Below the pieces are notes generated by a model, which searched no databases, had not been told where the DNA came from, and worked only from the letters and a program-made list of their open reading frames with translations. This document shows positions 37,004 to 46,807 of a stretch of 64,000 nt of DNA, one piece after another. A program made the position numbers and the translations under genes. Every line of letters begins with the position of its first letter. The stretch's first letter is position 1. Source of the DNA: Clostridiales bacterium (GTDB lineage: Bacteria > Bacillota > Clostridia > Lachnospirales > CAG-274); contig JAJQFU010000111.1 in assembly GCA_021200955.1 (NCBI GenBank), positions 214 to 64,213 on the forward strand, written 5' to 3'.

Positions 37004-37213
37004 ATGACAAATAATATAGGACTTGAGGAAGGCTTGGATTTCGGAGCAGGTGCTTATTATTATGCAGATATACCCGGTTTTGAAAGCATTGTAAATACAA
37101 ATGCCTATACTTCGCCTGTACCTATGTGGGTTTTAATAGTATTGTTTTTGGCATGGGGGTACATAATGTATAAGCTTTGGCAGTACATAGCTTCGCATAA
37201 TACAAATAAATAA
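37004..37213 (+). CDS. small membrane protein (start uncertain; the frame is open from 36935)
   Basis: It has a C-terminal TM helix, PMWVLIVLFLAWGYIMYKLW. An additional in-frame upstream TM segment (SYGFAAAVLITAVYIM) has no canonical start codon. Confidence 0.4.
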   Translation: MTNNIGLEEGLDFGAGAYYYADIPGFESIVNTNAYTSPVPMWVLIVLFLAWGYIMYKLWQYIASHNTNK

Positions 37214-37286
37214 TAACAGATAAAAAGTCCTTTCATGATTTAAGAAGGGATTTTTTATATATGAAAATTTTTAGAAATAATTCATA

Positions 37287-37314
37287 TTTACAATTACGGA
37301 AAAGAAGATATAAT
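37287..37314 (+). promoter_or_regulatory. candidate sigma-A promoter of the first sulfonate transporter / GRE operon
   Basis: TTTACA-16 nt-TATAAT lies ~70 nt upstream of the ATG at 37385. Confidence 0.4.
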
Positions 37315-37384
37315 ATTTTTTATACCTTTATTCATACTAAAACAGTATGAAAATAATTTTAATTTTCAGAAAGAGGGATTTAAT

Positions 37385-38380
37385 ATGAAAAAATTTATTT
37401 CACTTATATTAGCAGCAGGTTTGGCTTTGGGAACATTTACGGGCTGCGGAGGAAATTCCGCCGCTGAAGAAACATCTTCAAACTCTGAAGCAGTTGTTTT
37501 AAGAGTCGGTGCTCAGCCCTATCCTCTCTATTCTTCTATATATGTTGCCCACGAACTGGGATATTTGGAAGAAGAGCTTGAAGCTGTGGGAGCGGCCTAT
37601 GAATGGAAAGAGTTTAAATCAGGCTCCCTTGTTAATGAAGCTGCAGCAGCAGGGGAAGTTGATATGGGCTTTATGGCTGATTTGCCGGCGATAATTTCAA
37701 GGTCAACCGGTCAGCCTGTTGAAATAATATCCAATGTTGCCTACGGAGAAAAGGCTCTCGCCGTACTTGTAAGACCCGACTCGGATATCACAAGCGTTGC
37801 CGAGCTTGAAGGAAAGAAGGTTGCCTACACAACCGGCTCATATACACAGCACCTTATTGCTTTGCTTTTGGCAAATGAAGGTCTCAGCTTAGATGATATA
37901 GAGTCAATAAACTTGGCTGCCGGAGATCAGGCGGCGGCTCTTACAAACGGTGATGTTGAAGCCATTGTTACATGGGAGCAGTATGTATCTCAGTTTATAA
38001 GCGACGGAACGGCAAAGCTTCTTGCCGACGGAACAGGTGTAAAAAAGGGAAATATGATTACATATTTTGAAACAGACTATGCCGAGGCTCATCCCGATGT
38101 TGTTAAGGCATATATAAGAGCATTAAACAGAGCAGGCGAATATATAGAAGAAAATCCCGATGAAACGGCAGAACTGGCAGCAGAAACCTTCGGGGTTGAT
38201 ATAGATGTTATGAAAACAATATTGAGCCATCTGACATTTACCACAGAGCTTACTGAGGACGACATTGCCGAAATAACAAAAGTAAAGGACTTCTCCCTTG
38301 AACAGGGTCTTATAAGCAATGATATAGATATAAACAGCTTTATTAATACGGAATATGTTAATGCGGTAAATGCAGAATAA
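37385..38380 (+). CDS. ABC transporter substrate-binding lipoprotein, NMT1/SsuA/TauA (NitT/TauT) family
   Basis: The lipobox is LALGTFTGC. The fold pattern is typical of aliphatic sulfonate/taurine binding proteins. Cognate permease and ATPase genes follow. Confidence 0.8.
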   Translation: MKKFISLILAAGLALGTFTGCGGNSAAEETSSNSEAVVLRVGAQPYPLYSSIYVAHELGYLEEELEAVGAAYEWKEFKSGSLVNEAAAAGEVDMGFMADLPAIISRSTGQPVEIISNVAYGEKALAVLVRPDSDITSVAELEGKKVAYTTGSYTQHLIALLLANEGLSLDDIESINLAAGDQAAALTNGDVEAIVTWEQYVSQFISDGTAKLLADGTGVKKGNMITYFETDYAEAHPDVVKAYIRALNRAGEYIEENPDETAELAAETFGVDIDVMKTILSHLTFTTELTEDDIAEITKVKDFSLEQGLISNDIDINSFINTEYVNAVNAE

Positions 38381-38404
38381 TTTTAAAGTATCGGAGTGCG
38401 TAAT

Positions 38405-39172
38405 ATGAAAAACAGCGAAAAAAGAAATGTGAAATATTGGATTTTATATTTTGCTCTGCCTGTTATATTATTGATTATATGGGAGTCGGCAGACTTAGCA
38501 GGCTGTTTAAAGCCTTATACAATGCCTGCGCCTATTGCTGTTGTAAAAACTGCAATAGAATACATACAAAACGGAAAGCTCCCCGTAAATATAGCCGTCA
38601 GCTTCGGAAGAGTGACCTTGGGCTTTATACTTGCCTTAATCGGCGGCTTTTTAATAGGCATAGGCGCTGCAATATTCAAAAGCATTGAAATATTTACAGA
38701 TTTTGTCATACAAATTTTGAGGCCTATCCCACCCATTGCATGGATACCCCTTGCCATACTTTGGTTCGGAATAGGCTTGGAGTCAAAGGTGTTTATTATA
38801 TTTTTAGGGGCATTTTTCCCTATATTTATAAACACCTTCGACGGCATAAAAAATATTGACGGCAAATATTTTGAGCTTGCCCGGGTTTATGAAGTGCCTA
38901 AGCTTAAGCTTATAACCAAAATTGTTATCCCCGGTGCTTTGCCGCAGATAATGACCGGAATAAGACTGGGGCTCGGCAATGCATGGGTATGTGTTGTGGC
39001 TGCCGAAATGATAGGCGCCACAAGCGGCGTAGGCTATATGCTTGCGGACGGAAGAAGCCTTTCAAGACCCGATGTCGTTATTTTGGGTATGCTTATTGTA
39101 GGAATAATAGGCAAAATTATGGACGACCTTATTTTAAAATTCAGGGACAAAATAATTACATGGAATAAGTAG
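38405..39172 (+). CDS. ABC transporter permease (NitT/TauT family)
   Basis: It has six predicted TM segments and an EAA-like loop, YFELARVYEVPKLKLITKIVIPGALP. Confidence 0.85.
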   Translation: MKNSEKRNVKYWILYFALPVILLIIWESADLAGCLKPYTMPAPIAVVKTAIEYIQNGKLPVNIAVSFGRVTLGFILALIGGFLIGIGAAIFKSIEIFTDFVIQILRPIPPIAWIPLAILWFGIGLESKVFIIFLGAFFPIFINTFDGIKNIDGKYFELARVYEVPKLKLITKIVIPGALPQIMTGIRLGLGNAWVCVVAAEMIGATSGVGYMLADGRSLSRPDVVILGMLIVGIIGKIMDDLILKFRDKIITWNK

Positions 39173-39181
39173 GTGAACCGA

Positions 39182-39946
39182 ATGAAAAATATAGTTGAAA
39201 TTCATAATCTTAAAAAGGTTTTTAATGACGGCGGAGTTGTTACCGCTCTTGAAGATATTAATTTGGAAATTGAAGAAGGAAATTTTGTGTCTGTAATAGG
39301 AGGAAGCGGCTGCGGAAAAAGCACGCTTCTTCGCATTATAGGCGGACTTGACACAGACTATGAGGGGGAAGTTCTTGTAGACGGGAGGAAGGTTGAAAAG
39401 CCGTCAAGAGACAAAGGCTTTATATTTCAGGATCACAGACTTTTGCCATGGCTTACCGTAAAGGAAAACATAAAATTTTCGCTTCCCGAGGAGCAAAAAA
39501 ATAACAGCGGTCTTATACGGGAATACCTTGAAATGGTTGACCTTGAAGAATTTGAAAATTCCTACCCAAGTCAGCTTTCAGGCGGAATGGCTCAGAGGGT
39601 ATCCATAGCAAGAGCCCTTGCAAACAAACCGAAAATACTTCTTTTAGATGAGCCTTTCGGAGCATTGGATGCAATCACCAAAATAAAACTACAGGAACAG
39701 CTTCTTAAGATTTGGAAAAAAGAGCAAATAACAATGATAATTGTTACTCACGATATTGACGAGGCGGTCTATTTGGGCAGCAAGGTTATTGTTATGACAC
39801 CCAGACCCGGTAAAATAAAAAGAATACACACAGTGAACCTCGGATCACACAGACGGAGGACCGGTTCTGTTTTTACAGAGGCAAGGGATAGAATTTATAA
39901 TGAATTTTTTGAAGATGCCGAATTACCGATAGAGTACAACATATAA
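39182..39946 (+). CDS. ABC transporter ATP-binding protein (NitT/TauT family)
   Basis: Walker A is GGSGCGKST, the signature is LSGGMAQR and Walker B is ILLLDEPFGALD. Confidence 0.9.
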   Translation: MKNIVEIHNLKKVFNDGGVVTALEDINLEIEEGNFVSVIGGSGCGKSTLLRIIGGLDTDYEGEVLVDGRKVEKPSRDKGFIFQDHRLLPWLTVKENIKFSLPEEQKNNSGLIREYLEMVDLEEFENSYPSQLSGGMAQRVSIARALANKPKILLLDEPFGALDAITKIKLQEQLLKIWKKEQITMIIVTHDIDEAVYLGSKVIVMTPRPGKIKRIHTVNLGSHRRRTGSVFTEARDRIYNEFFEDAELPIEYNI

Positions 39947-39966
39947 AAACATAACGGAGGTCATTT

Positions 39967-42447
39967 ATGAGTATAAAGATTTTATCTCCTCAGGAGAAAA
40001 GAATACAAAATGAAATCAACAACAAAGGAGAGGGTTCGAAGCATTACAACAGAGCTGTAGATATTGTTAAGGAAATCAGGGGAAAGAAGCCCGTTATTGA
40101 TATTGAAAGAGGGCTTTATTTTACACGTTCCTTTAAGGAAACGGAAGGGCAGCCCCTGATTTTGAGATGGGCAAAGGCTCTTTACAATTATGCGGAAAAT
40201 GCTTCTGTTTACATAGACGAAAACCAGCTTATTGTGGGAAGAAGCGGCAAACAGGGTCGTTATGGCATACTCTATCCGGAGCTTGACGGAAATATCTTTA
40301 AAGAGGCTGTGGAAAAGCTGCCTGCACGGGAAAATTCTCCTTTTGATATTTCCGATGAAGATGCCGATATTGTAGTAAATGAAATAGCTCCCTACTGGGT
40401 AGGAAAAACGTTTCACGAAAGCTTTGCAAAATCACTGACAGAGGAAACATCAAAGCTGACATACAACAAAGACAGGGAACTGACTTCACGCTATATTGTA
40501 AATGAAACAGCTTCTTTCCGTTCCTCTCTGCAGTGGGTACACGATTATGAAATCGTACTTGAAAAGGGATTTAAGGGAATAAAGGAAGAAGCCGAGGAAA
40601 AGCTTGCCTCTTTAGACGAATACAGTCCTCTTGACTATACTGAAAAGAAGCCATTTTTGGAAGCCTTAATAATAACCTGCGATGCCATAGTTCTTTGGGC
40701 AAACAGACATGGTGATTTGGCAAAACAGCTTGCGGAAAAGGAAGAAAATCCAAAAAGAAAGGCCGAGCTTTTGAAAATTGCGGAAACCTGCCGGTATGTT
40801 CCGGAAAACCCTGCAAGAACATTTTACGAAGCTATGCAGTCTCAGTGGTTTACGCAGATGTTTTCAAGAATAGAGCAGAAAACCGGCACAATAATTTCAA
40901 ACGGCAGAATGGATCAATATTTATATCCTTTCTACAAAAGAGATATTGAAAAAGGCATAATAACAGATGACGAGGTTCAGGAGCTTTTTGAATGTATGTG
41001 GGCGGCAATGGCACAGTTTATAGACCTTTATCTTTCGGATACAGGCGGAGCCTTTAACGAAGGCTATGCCCACTGGGAAGCCGTAACCATAGGCGGACAG
41101 ACAAAGGAAGGTTTAGATGCCGTAAACGAACTTACATATATTCTTTTGAAGTCAAAGAGAGAATTTCCGCTTAACTATCCCGACCTTGCCGCAAGAATAC
41201 ATACAAGAAGTCCCAAAAGATATTTATATGAGGTTGCCGAAACAATAAAGGCAGGAGAGGGTTTCCCCAAGCTTATAAATGATGAGGACGTTATACCTCT
41301 TTTGCTTTCCAAAGGAGCAAGCTTTGAAGAGGCCTATGATTACAGCGTATCGGGCTGTGCCGAGTGCCGTATGCCAAACAGAGATACATATACAAGCCCC
41401 AATGCCTATATTAATTTTGCGGCGGCTCTTGAAATGGTTATTTACAACGGCAGAATGTTAAAATACGGTTCGGAACTCCTCGGACTTGAAACGGGAAATT
41501 TTGAGGATTTCAAAACCTTTGATGACCTTCTTTCCGCTTTCCTTAAACAGCAGAGATATTTCATAAAGCACGCTTTTATTCAGCAAAGAGAAATTATAAG
41601 GCTCAGAGCAGAGCATTTTGCCTCTCCCTTAGGCTCCGCCCTTCACAGGCTTTGCAGAGAAACCTATACAGATCTGCATCAGCCTAAAATAGAAGGCGGT
41701 ATAGATCTCGGCTATTTTGAATATATGGGCTTTGCAACGGTAGTAGATTCTCTTGCGGCAATTAAAAAGCTTGTTTTTGAAGAAAAGAAAATAACATTGG
41801 GTCAGCTTAAAACTGCTCTTGAAAATAACTTCAAGGGTTATGAGGCAGTACGTCAGCTTCTTGTTAATGCACCCAGCTACGGCAACGATAATCCTTACAC
41901 TGACAGCATAGGAAAGCTTCTTGACAGAGAAGCACAGGAGTTTACACGAAAATACGGAGCAGAGCTTGGGGTTCATATGGATTTAAGGCTTGTTCCCTTT
42001 ACGTCCCACGTTCCCTTTGGAAAGGTTGTCAGTGCCACACCAAACGGCAGATTTGCCTATACTCCCCTGTCAGACGGTTCAAGTGCATCTCAGGGGGCAG
42101 ACTTAAACGGTCCTACGGCAATTCTTCTTTCTAACTATGCCACAAAGAATTTTAATTATAACGAACATGCTGGCAGACTTTTAAATATTAAGCTGAGCCC
42201 TGCCTGTGTACAGGGTGATGTAGGTACTGAAAAGCTTGTAAGGTTTATTGAGGCTTGGAGAGATTTAAAGCTGTGGCACGTGCAGTTTAACGTACTTAAT
42301 ACGGAAACACTGAGACAGGCGCAGAAGCACCCGGAGGACTACAGAAACCTTTTGGTTCGTATTGCCGGCTACAGTGCATATTTTACGGAACTTACAAAAG
42401 ACTTACAGGACGATATTATTTCAAGAACGGAACACGAGGCCGTATAA
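39967..42447 (+). CDS. glycyl radical enzyme, candidate isethionate sulfite-lyase (IslA/IseG-like)
   Basis: The C-terminal glycyl-radical motif is LLVRIAGYSAYF and the Cys loop is VSGCAEC. Its 826-aa length fits. Its neighbours are sulfonate-type ABC importers, an activase, an Fe-ADH and a class-III aminotransferase. Substrate specificity is inferred from this context only. Confidence 0.8.
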   Translation: MSIKILSPQEKRIQNEINNKGEGSKHYNRAVDIVKEIRGKKPVIDIERGLYFTRSFKETEGQPLILRWAKALYNYAENASVYIDENQLIVGRSGKQGRYGILYPELDGNIFKEAVEKLPARENSPFDISDEDADIVVNEIAPYWVGKTFHESFAKSLTEETSKLTYNKDRELTSRYIVNETASFRSSLQWVHDYEIVLEKGFKGIKEEAEEKLASLDEYSPLDYTEKKPFLEALIITCDAIVLWANRHGDLAKQLAEKEENPKRKAELLKIAETCRYVPENPARTFYEAMQSQWFTQMFSRIEQKTGTIISNGRMDQYLYPFYKRDIEKGIITDDEVQELFECMWAAMAQFIDLYLSDTGGAFNEGYAHWEAVTIGGQTKEGLDAVNELTYILLKSKREFPLNYPDLAARIHTRSPKRYLYEVAETIKAGEGFPKLINDEDVIPLLLSKGASFEEAYDYSVSGCAECRMPNRDTYTSPNAYINFAAALEMVIYNGRMLKYGSELLGLETGNFEDFKTFDDLLSAFLKQQRYFIKHAFIQQREIIRLRAEHFASPLGSALHRLCRETYTDLHQPKIEGGIDLGYFEYMGFATVVDSLAAIKKLVFEEKKITLGQLKTALENNFKGYEAVRQLLVNAPSYGNDNPYTDSIGKLLDREAQEFTRKYGAELGVHMDLRLVPFTSHVPFGKVVSATPNGRFAYTPLSDGSSASQGADLNGPTAILLSNYATKNFNYNEHAGRLLNIKLSPACVQGDVGTEKLVRFIEAWRDLKLWHVQFNVLNTETLRQAQKHPEDYRNLLVRIAGYSAYFTELTKDLQDDIISRTEHEAV

Positions 42448-43340
42448 TGGGAGAAATCAGTTATGTCTTTAATATTCAGCGCTATTCTCTCCATGACGGA
42501 CCGGGGATAAGAACGATTATATTTCTTAAGGGCTGCCCAATGAGGTGCCGCTGGTGCTGCAACCCCGAATCTCAGGAAAGAAAGCCCGAAATATTCTATA
42601 CTGAAAGCAAATGTATAGGCTCAGAGGAATGCGGCTTTTGTAAAAATGTCTGCCCGGAAAAGGCAATAGACTTTAAGGGCAAAGCGGTTATTGACAGGAA
42701 AAAATGTATTAACTGCCTTAAGTGTGAAGCCGTTTGCCCTTCAAAGGCTGTAAGCGTTCAGGGCAGGCAATATACAGTGGATGAGCTTTTGGATATTGCC
42801 GAAAAGGACAGCATTTTTTACGGCAATGAGGGAGGACTTACCGTAAGCGGCGGCGAACCTCTCTCTCACGGGGATTTTCTGATTCAGCTGCTTAAAGAAG
42901 CAAGGAAAAGAAGAATAAATACAGCTACAGAAACCTGCGGCTGCGGCGATTATGAAGTGCTTTATGAAGCTGCGAAAAATCTTGATTATATATTGTTTGA
43001 CATAAAGTCATTAAATAATGAAAAGCACAGAAAATATACAGGCTGTGACAACAAAGTTATTTTAAACAATTTTAAACGGCTTTGCCGGGACTTTCCAAGT
43101 CTTAAAAAAAGAGTAAGAACCCCTGTTATTCCCGGTTTTAATGACAGTACAGATGATATAAAGGCTGTTCTTGATTTTATAAAGGATTTTCCCAATGTTT
43201 CATATGAGCCTTTAAAATATCACAGCTTCGGCAGAGGGAAATATTCATCTCTCGGCAGAGAATATGAGTTAGGGGACATTTCCCTTGATGAAAATATATT
43301 TGAAGAAATAAAAAATATTGTTAAAAAGGCAGGGTTTTAA
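42447..43340 (+). CDS. glycyl-radical enzyme activating protein (radical SAM)
   Basis: The radical-SAM cluster is GCPMRCRWCCNP (CX3CX2C). There are two ferredoxin-type motifs, CGFCKNVCP and CINCLKCEAVCP. Its start overlaps the GRE stop. Confidence 0.9.
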   Translation: MGEISYVFNIQRYSLHDGPGIRTIIFLKGCPMRCRWCCNPESQERKPEIFYTESKCIGSEECGFCKNVCPEKAIDFKGKAVIDRKKCINCLKCEAVCPSKAVSVQGRQYTVDELLDIAEKDSIFYGNEGGLTVSGGEPLSHGDFLIQLLKEARKRRINTATETCGCGDYEVLYEAAKNLDYILFDIKSLNNEKHRKYTGCDNKVILNNFKRLCRDFPSLKKRVRTPVIPGFNDSTDDIKAVLDFIKDFPNVSYEPLKYHSFGRGKYSSLGREYELGDISLDENIFEEIKNIVKKAGF

Positions 43341-43341
43341 T

Positions 43342-44439
43342 ATGAACTGGATATATAAACAGCCTGTTGAAATTTTTTTCGGCTGCGGAGAAATAAACAG
43401 AATATTTGACTTGGTTAAGGGATATAATGCTCCTTTAATTGTCTGCTCTCCTTATTTTGTAAGAAGCGGTTTAGCGGAAAATCTCAAAGCAGAAATTAAA
43501 AATGCCGGTATATTTTCAAATGTATCGCCAAACCCGGATATAAGGGAAGTAAATGAGTGCAGCGAAGTCTTAAGGCAAAATAAAAACGATATTATAATTG
43601 CTCTCGGCGGCGGAAGTGTTATTGACCTTGCAAAAGCGGCTTCTCTTAAGCTTAATGACATCAGGGAGGTTTGGGGAACAGGCAAAGACGTAACAGCAGA
43701 GCCTGTTCCTATAATAGCAGTTCCCACCACAGCCGGAACAGGCAGCGAGGTAACCTGCGTAAGCGTTTTAACAGACAGAAAAACAGACAGAAAGATGCCC
43801 CTTTCTTCCGAAAAGCTTTATCCCAAACAGGCGGTTGTTGACCCGGAGCTTTTACACTCCCTTCCTCCCCATATTACAGCTTCAAGCGGAATAGATGTTC
43901 TGTGCCACGCTGTTGAAGGCTTTTGGAGTAAAAATCATCAGCCGGTCTGTGATACTCTTGCCTTAAAAGCCGCAAAGCTGATATTAAAATATCTGCCGAC
44001 AGCTTATAAAGAGCCAGATAACAAAAACGCAAGGGAAAAAACGGCAGAGGCCTCTCTGCTTGCCGGGCTTGCCTTTAATCTGCCTAAAACAACGGCTTCC
44101 CATGCCTGTTCCTTTCCGCTTACAAGCATATACAGCATACCCCACGGAGAAGCCTGCGGACTTACTCTTGATTATTTTGTAAGAATAAACGGAGAGGGTG
44201 AACATACAAAGGAGCTTATCAAAGAGTTGGGTTATAAAAACGCAAATGAATTTGCAGATAAAATATACAGACTGAAAAAAGAAACGGGCTTAAGGACAGG
44301 TCTTGCGGACTTAAATTTAAGCGACGAAGCTGTAACAAGGCTGGTTGAACTAAGTCACCACCCCAATTTATATAACAACCCTGTTGAAATAACGGACGAT
44401 ATATTGTTTGATATGTACAATAAATTGAGAAAGGAATGA
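43342..44439 (+). CDS. iron-containing alcohol dehydrogenase, candidate sulfoacetaldehyde reductase
   Basis: It has the motifs ALGGGSVIDLAKA and PTTAGTGSEVT, plus His residues of the metal site. The function is inferred from pathway context. Confidence 0.75.
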   Translation: MNWIYKQPVEIFFGCGEINRIFDLVKGYNAPLIVCSPYFVRSGLAENLKAEIKNAGIFSNVSPNPDIREVNECSEVLRQNKNDIIIALGGGSVIDLAKAASLKLNDIREVWGTGKDVTAEPVPIIAVPTTAGTGSEVTCVSVLTDRKTDRKMPLSSEKLYPKQAVVDPELLHSLPPHITASSGIDVLCHAVEGFWSKNHQPVCDTLALKAAKLILKYLPTAYKEPDNKNAREKTAEASLLAGLAFNLPKTTASHACSFPLTSIYSIPHGEACGLTLDYFVRINGEGEHTKELIKELGYKNANEFADKIYRLKKETGLRTGLADLNLSDEAVTRLVELSHHPNLYNNPVEITDDILFDMYNKLRKE

Positions 44440-45779
44440 AAGCAATGTCGGAATTGACAAGAGAACAGGTTTTGGAATATGACGGAAAATATAATCAGCA
44501 CCCGTGGCTTACGGGAAATGTCGATGCAGTTCCCATCGAAAGAGCGGATGGCATATATTTTTGGGACTACAACGGAAAAAAATATTATGATATGTCAAGC
44601 CAGCTTGCAAATGTAAACTTAGGCTACGGCAATAAGGATATTACAGAAGCGGTAAAGTCACAGATTGAAAAGCTGCCTTATATTGCTCCTGCCCTTGCTT
44701 CGGGGCCTCGGTCGGAACTGGCAAAGCTGTTAATAGAATTAGCCCCCGACAATATGGAAAAGGTATTTTTTACCTGCGGCGGTTCAGACGCAAACGAAGC
44801 CGCTGTTTATGCCGCAAGAACATTTACAGGCAGAAGCAAGGTTTTTTCACGCTACAGAAGCTATCACGGCTCAACCTTAGGCTCGGCAAACCTTTCAGGT
44901 GATCCTCGCCGTTTTGCTCTTGAAAGACCTGCCGCAAACGGCTTTATAAAATTTTTCGACCCCTATGTATACCGCTCGGAAATAGAATTTAAAAGCGACA
45001 AAGAGGCTTCGGAATATTATCTCGGTCTTTTGGAGGATCAAATTCAATATGAAGGACCCGACCAAATTGCCGCAATTGAGGTTGAATCCATAACAGGGGC
45101 AAACGGTGTAATAATACCTCCCGACGGCTATTTACAGGGGCTCAGAGCCTTATGTGACAAATACGGCATACTTCTTATATGCGACGAGGTTATGGCAGGC
45201 TTCGGAAGAACAGGCAAAATGTTTGCCTTTGAAAACTGGGGAATTAAGCCCGACATTATTTCATTCGCCAAAGGTGTTACCTGCGGCTATGTTCAGCTGG
45301 GAGGAATTATTATAAGCAGTGAAATAGCCGACTATTTCAAGGACAAGGTTTTTCAATACGGTCTTACTTACAGCGGTCACAGCCTTGCCTGTGCGGCAGG
45401 TGTCGCCTGTGTAAATTATTACATAAACCACAATATTCTTGACCATGTAAATGAAGTGGGAAAGGTTTTCGGAGAGCTTTTGGAGAATCTGAAGGCAAAG
45501 CACAAATGTGTCGGCGACGTAAGGTATATAGGCCTTTTCGGAGCAGTTGAGCTTATGATGGACAGGGATAAAAAGATACCTCTTGTGCCTTACGGCTATG
45601 ACGAAAACAAAACAATGAGCTCTATAAAAGGATTGCTTTTTGAAAGAGGCATTTCTATTTTCGGAAGAGAAAACAATATTAATATAACTCCTCCTCTTAT
45701 TATTACGGAAGATGAACTGAGGGAGGCATTTAAAACGATCGACGAGGTTTTATATATCGTAGACGAAAAATATATTTAA
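44436..45779 (+). CDS. class-III PLP aminotransferase, candidate taurine:2-oxoacid aminotransferase
   Basis: It has the motifs GGSDANE, LICDEVMAGFGRTG and FAKGVT (PLP Lys region). The start overlaps the ADH stop (ATGA). Confidence 0.75.
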   Translation: MKAMSELTREQVLEYDGKYNQHPWLTGNVDAVPIERADGIYFWDYNGKKYYDMSSQLANVNLGYGNKDITEAVKSQIEKLPYIAPALASGPRSELAKLLIELAPDNMEKVFFTCGGSDANEAAVYAARTFTGRSKVFSRYRSYHGSTLGSANLSGDPRRFALERPAANGFIKFFDPYVYRSEIEFKSDKEASEYYLGLLEDQIQYEGPDQIAAIEVESITGANGVIIPPDGYLQGLRALCDKYGILLICDEVMAGFGRTGKMFAFENWGIKPDIISFAKGVTCGYVQLGGIIISSEIADYFKDKVFQYGLTYSGHSLACAAGVACVNYYINHNILDHVNEVGKVFGELLENLKAKHKCVGDVRYIGLFGAVELMMDRDKKIPLVPYGYDENKTMSSIKGLLFERGISIFGRENNINITPPLIITEDELREAFKTIDEVLYIVDEKYI

Positions 45780-45826
45780 TAAAACTCTGTTTGCCAAAAA
45801 AGTGAAAATATTTAAAATTTATTCAT

Positions 45827-45859
45827 ATCTGCCAATATTGACTGTTGGCAGATTTTTTA
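45827..45859 (+). terminator. rho-independent terminator after the aminotransferase gene
   Basis: ATCTGCCAA-N9-TTGGCAGAT is followed by TTTTTT. Confidence 0.65.
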
Positions 45860-45866
45860 TTATAAT
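45838..45866 (+). promoter_or_regulatory. near-consensus sigma-A promoter for the second transporter operon
   Basis: TTGACT-17 nt-TATAAT partly overlaps the terminator hairpin. Confidence 0.5.
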
Positions 45867-45894
45867 TTTACACATACTTAAAGGAGGAAAATAT

Positions 45895-45972
45895 ATGCAG
45901 ATTTTAAAAAGCGGCAGATATATATACGGCAAGCTTCTGTATGTATACAAACGATGTTGCGTTTATGAATGA
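45895..45972 (+). CDS. candidate 25-codon leader or small ORF (MQILKSGRYIYGKLLYVYKRCCVYE)
   Basis: A strong RBS, AGGAGG, lies 7 nt upstream of the ATG. The ORF sits between the promoter and the permease gene. It has tandem Cys codons near its end. It is below the ORF-track length cut-off. Confidence 0.3.
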   Translation: MQILKSGRYIYGKLLYVYKRCCVYE

Positions 45973-46012
45973 GTAAAAATAAACCGGCAGTTTACGAAAG
46001 GTGTAATGTAAT

Positions 46013-46786
46013 ATGAAATCAAAAAGTACCGAAAGAAAGCTGACTATAGCAACTGTTGTCATAATTTTTGCGGCATGGATTGCTGTTACAAACATAGGCA
46101 GTTTTTCCGAAACCATTATACCCTCGCCCCAAAGTGTTATACAAGCCTTTGTCAAAATAGTCAGAGACGGCTATAAAGGAAACACACTTATAACCCACAT
46201 TGCAACAAGTATGAGAAGGCTTATAATTGCCTATGCTCTCGTTGTTGTGACAGCCGTTCCCTTAGGTTTGTTAAGCGGCTATAATTCAAAGGTCAGGGCT
46301 GTATTGGAGACTATAATAGAGTTTTACAGACCTCTGCCCCCTCTTGCTTATTACACAATTTTGGTTTTGTGGATGGGCATTGATGAAAGTTCAAAGTTAG
46401 CTCTTTTATATCTTGCAGGCTTTGCCCCCATATACATAGCCTGTGTTTCGGGAGTTATGAGAATAAGGGCGGACTACATAAACGGAGCCTACACATTAGG
46501 AGCAAACAAAAGGCAGATATTCTTCTATGTAATCTTCCCGGCGGCTCTGACAGATATTTTCACAGGCTTAAGAACAGCTTTGGGCGTGGAATATACAACC
46601 CTTGTTGCGGCGGAAATGGTTGCCGCAACGGCAGGTATGGGCTGGCTTGTGCTTGATGCAAGCAATTATCTGCGAAGCGACATAGTATTTATGGGAGTAA
46701 TTATAATGGGAATTACGGGAATTTTACTTGATAAGATTATCCGTATTTTGGAAAACAGAATAGTTCACTGGAAAGGAAAGGCATAA
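46013..46786 (+). CDS. ABC transporter permease (NitT/TauT family), second system
   Basis: It is a multi-TM protein, paralogous by eye to the 38405-39172 product (for example PLPPLAYYTILVLWMGI versus PIPPIAWIPLAILWFGI). Confidence 0.85.
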   Translation: MKSKSTERKLTIATVVIIFAAWIAVTNIGSFSETIIPSPQSVIQAFVKIVRDGYKGNTLITHIATSMRRLIIAYALVVVTAVPLGLLSGYNSKVRAVLETIIEFYRPLPPLAYYTILVLWMGIDESSKLALLYLAGFAPIYIACVSGVMRIRADYINGAYTLGANKRQIFFYVIFPAALTDIFTGLRTALGVEYTTLVAAEMVAATAGMGWLVLDASNYLRSDIVFMGVIIMGITGILLDKIIRILENRIVHWKGKA

Positions 46787-46807
46787 AGCCTAAAAGGAGA
46801 AATAAAC

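Noticed and set aside
45904-46155. 83-aa minus-strand ORF across the promoter and leader of the second transporter operon
   Set aside because: It is antisense to the permease 5' end and to the candidate leader ORF. It is hydrophobic nonsense without an RBS.
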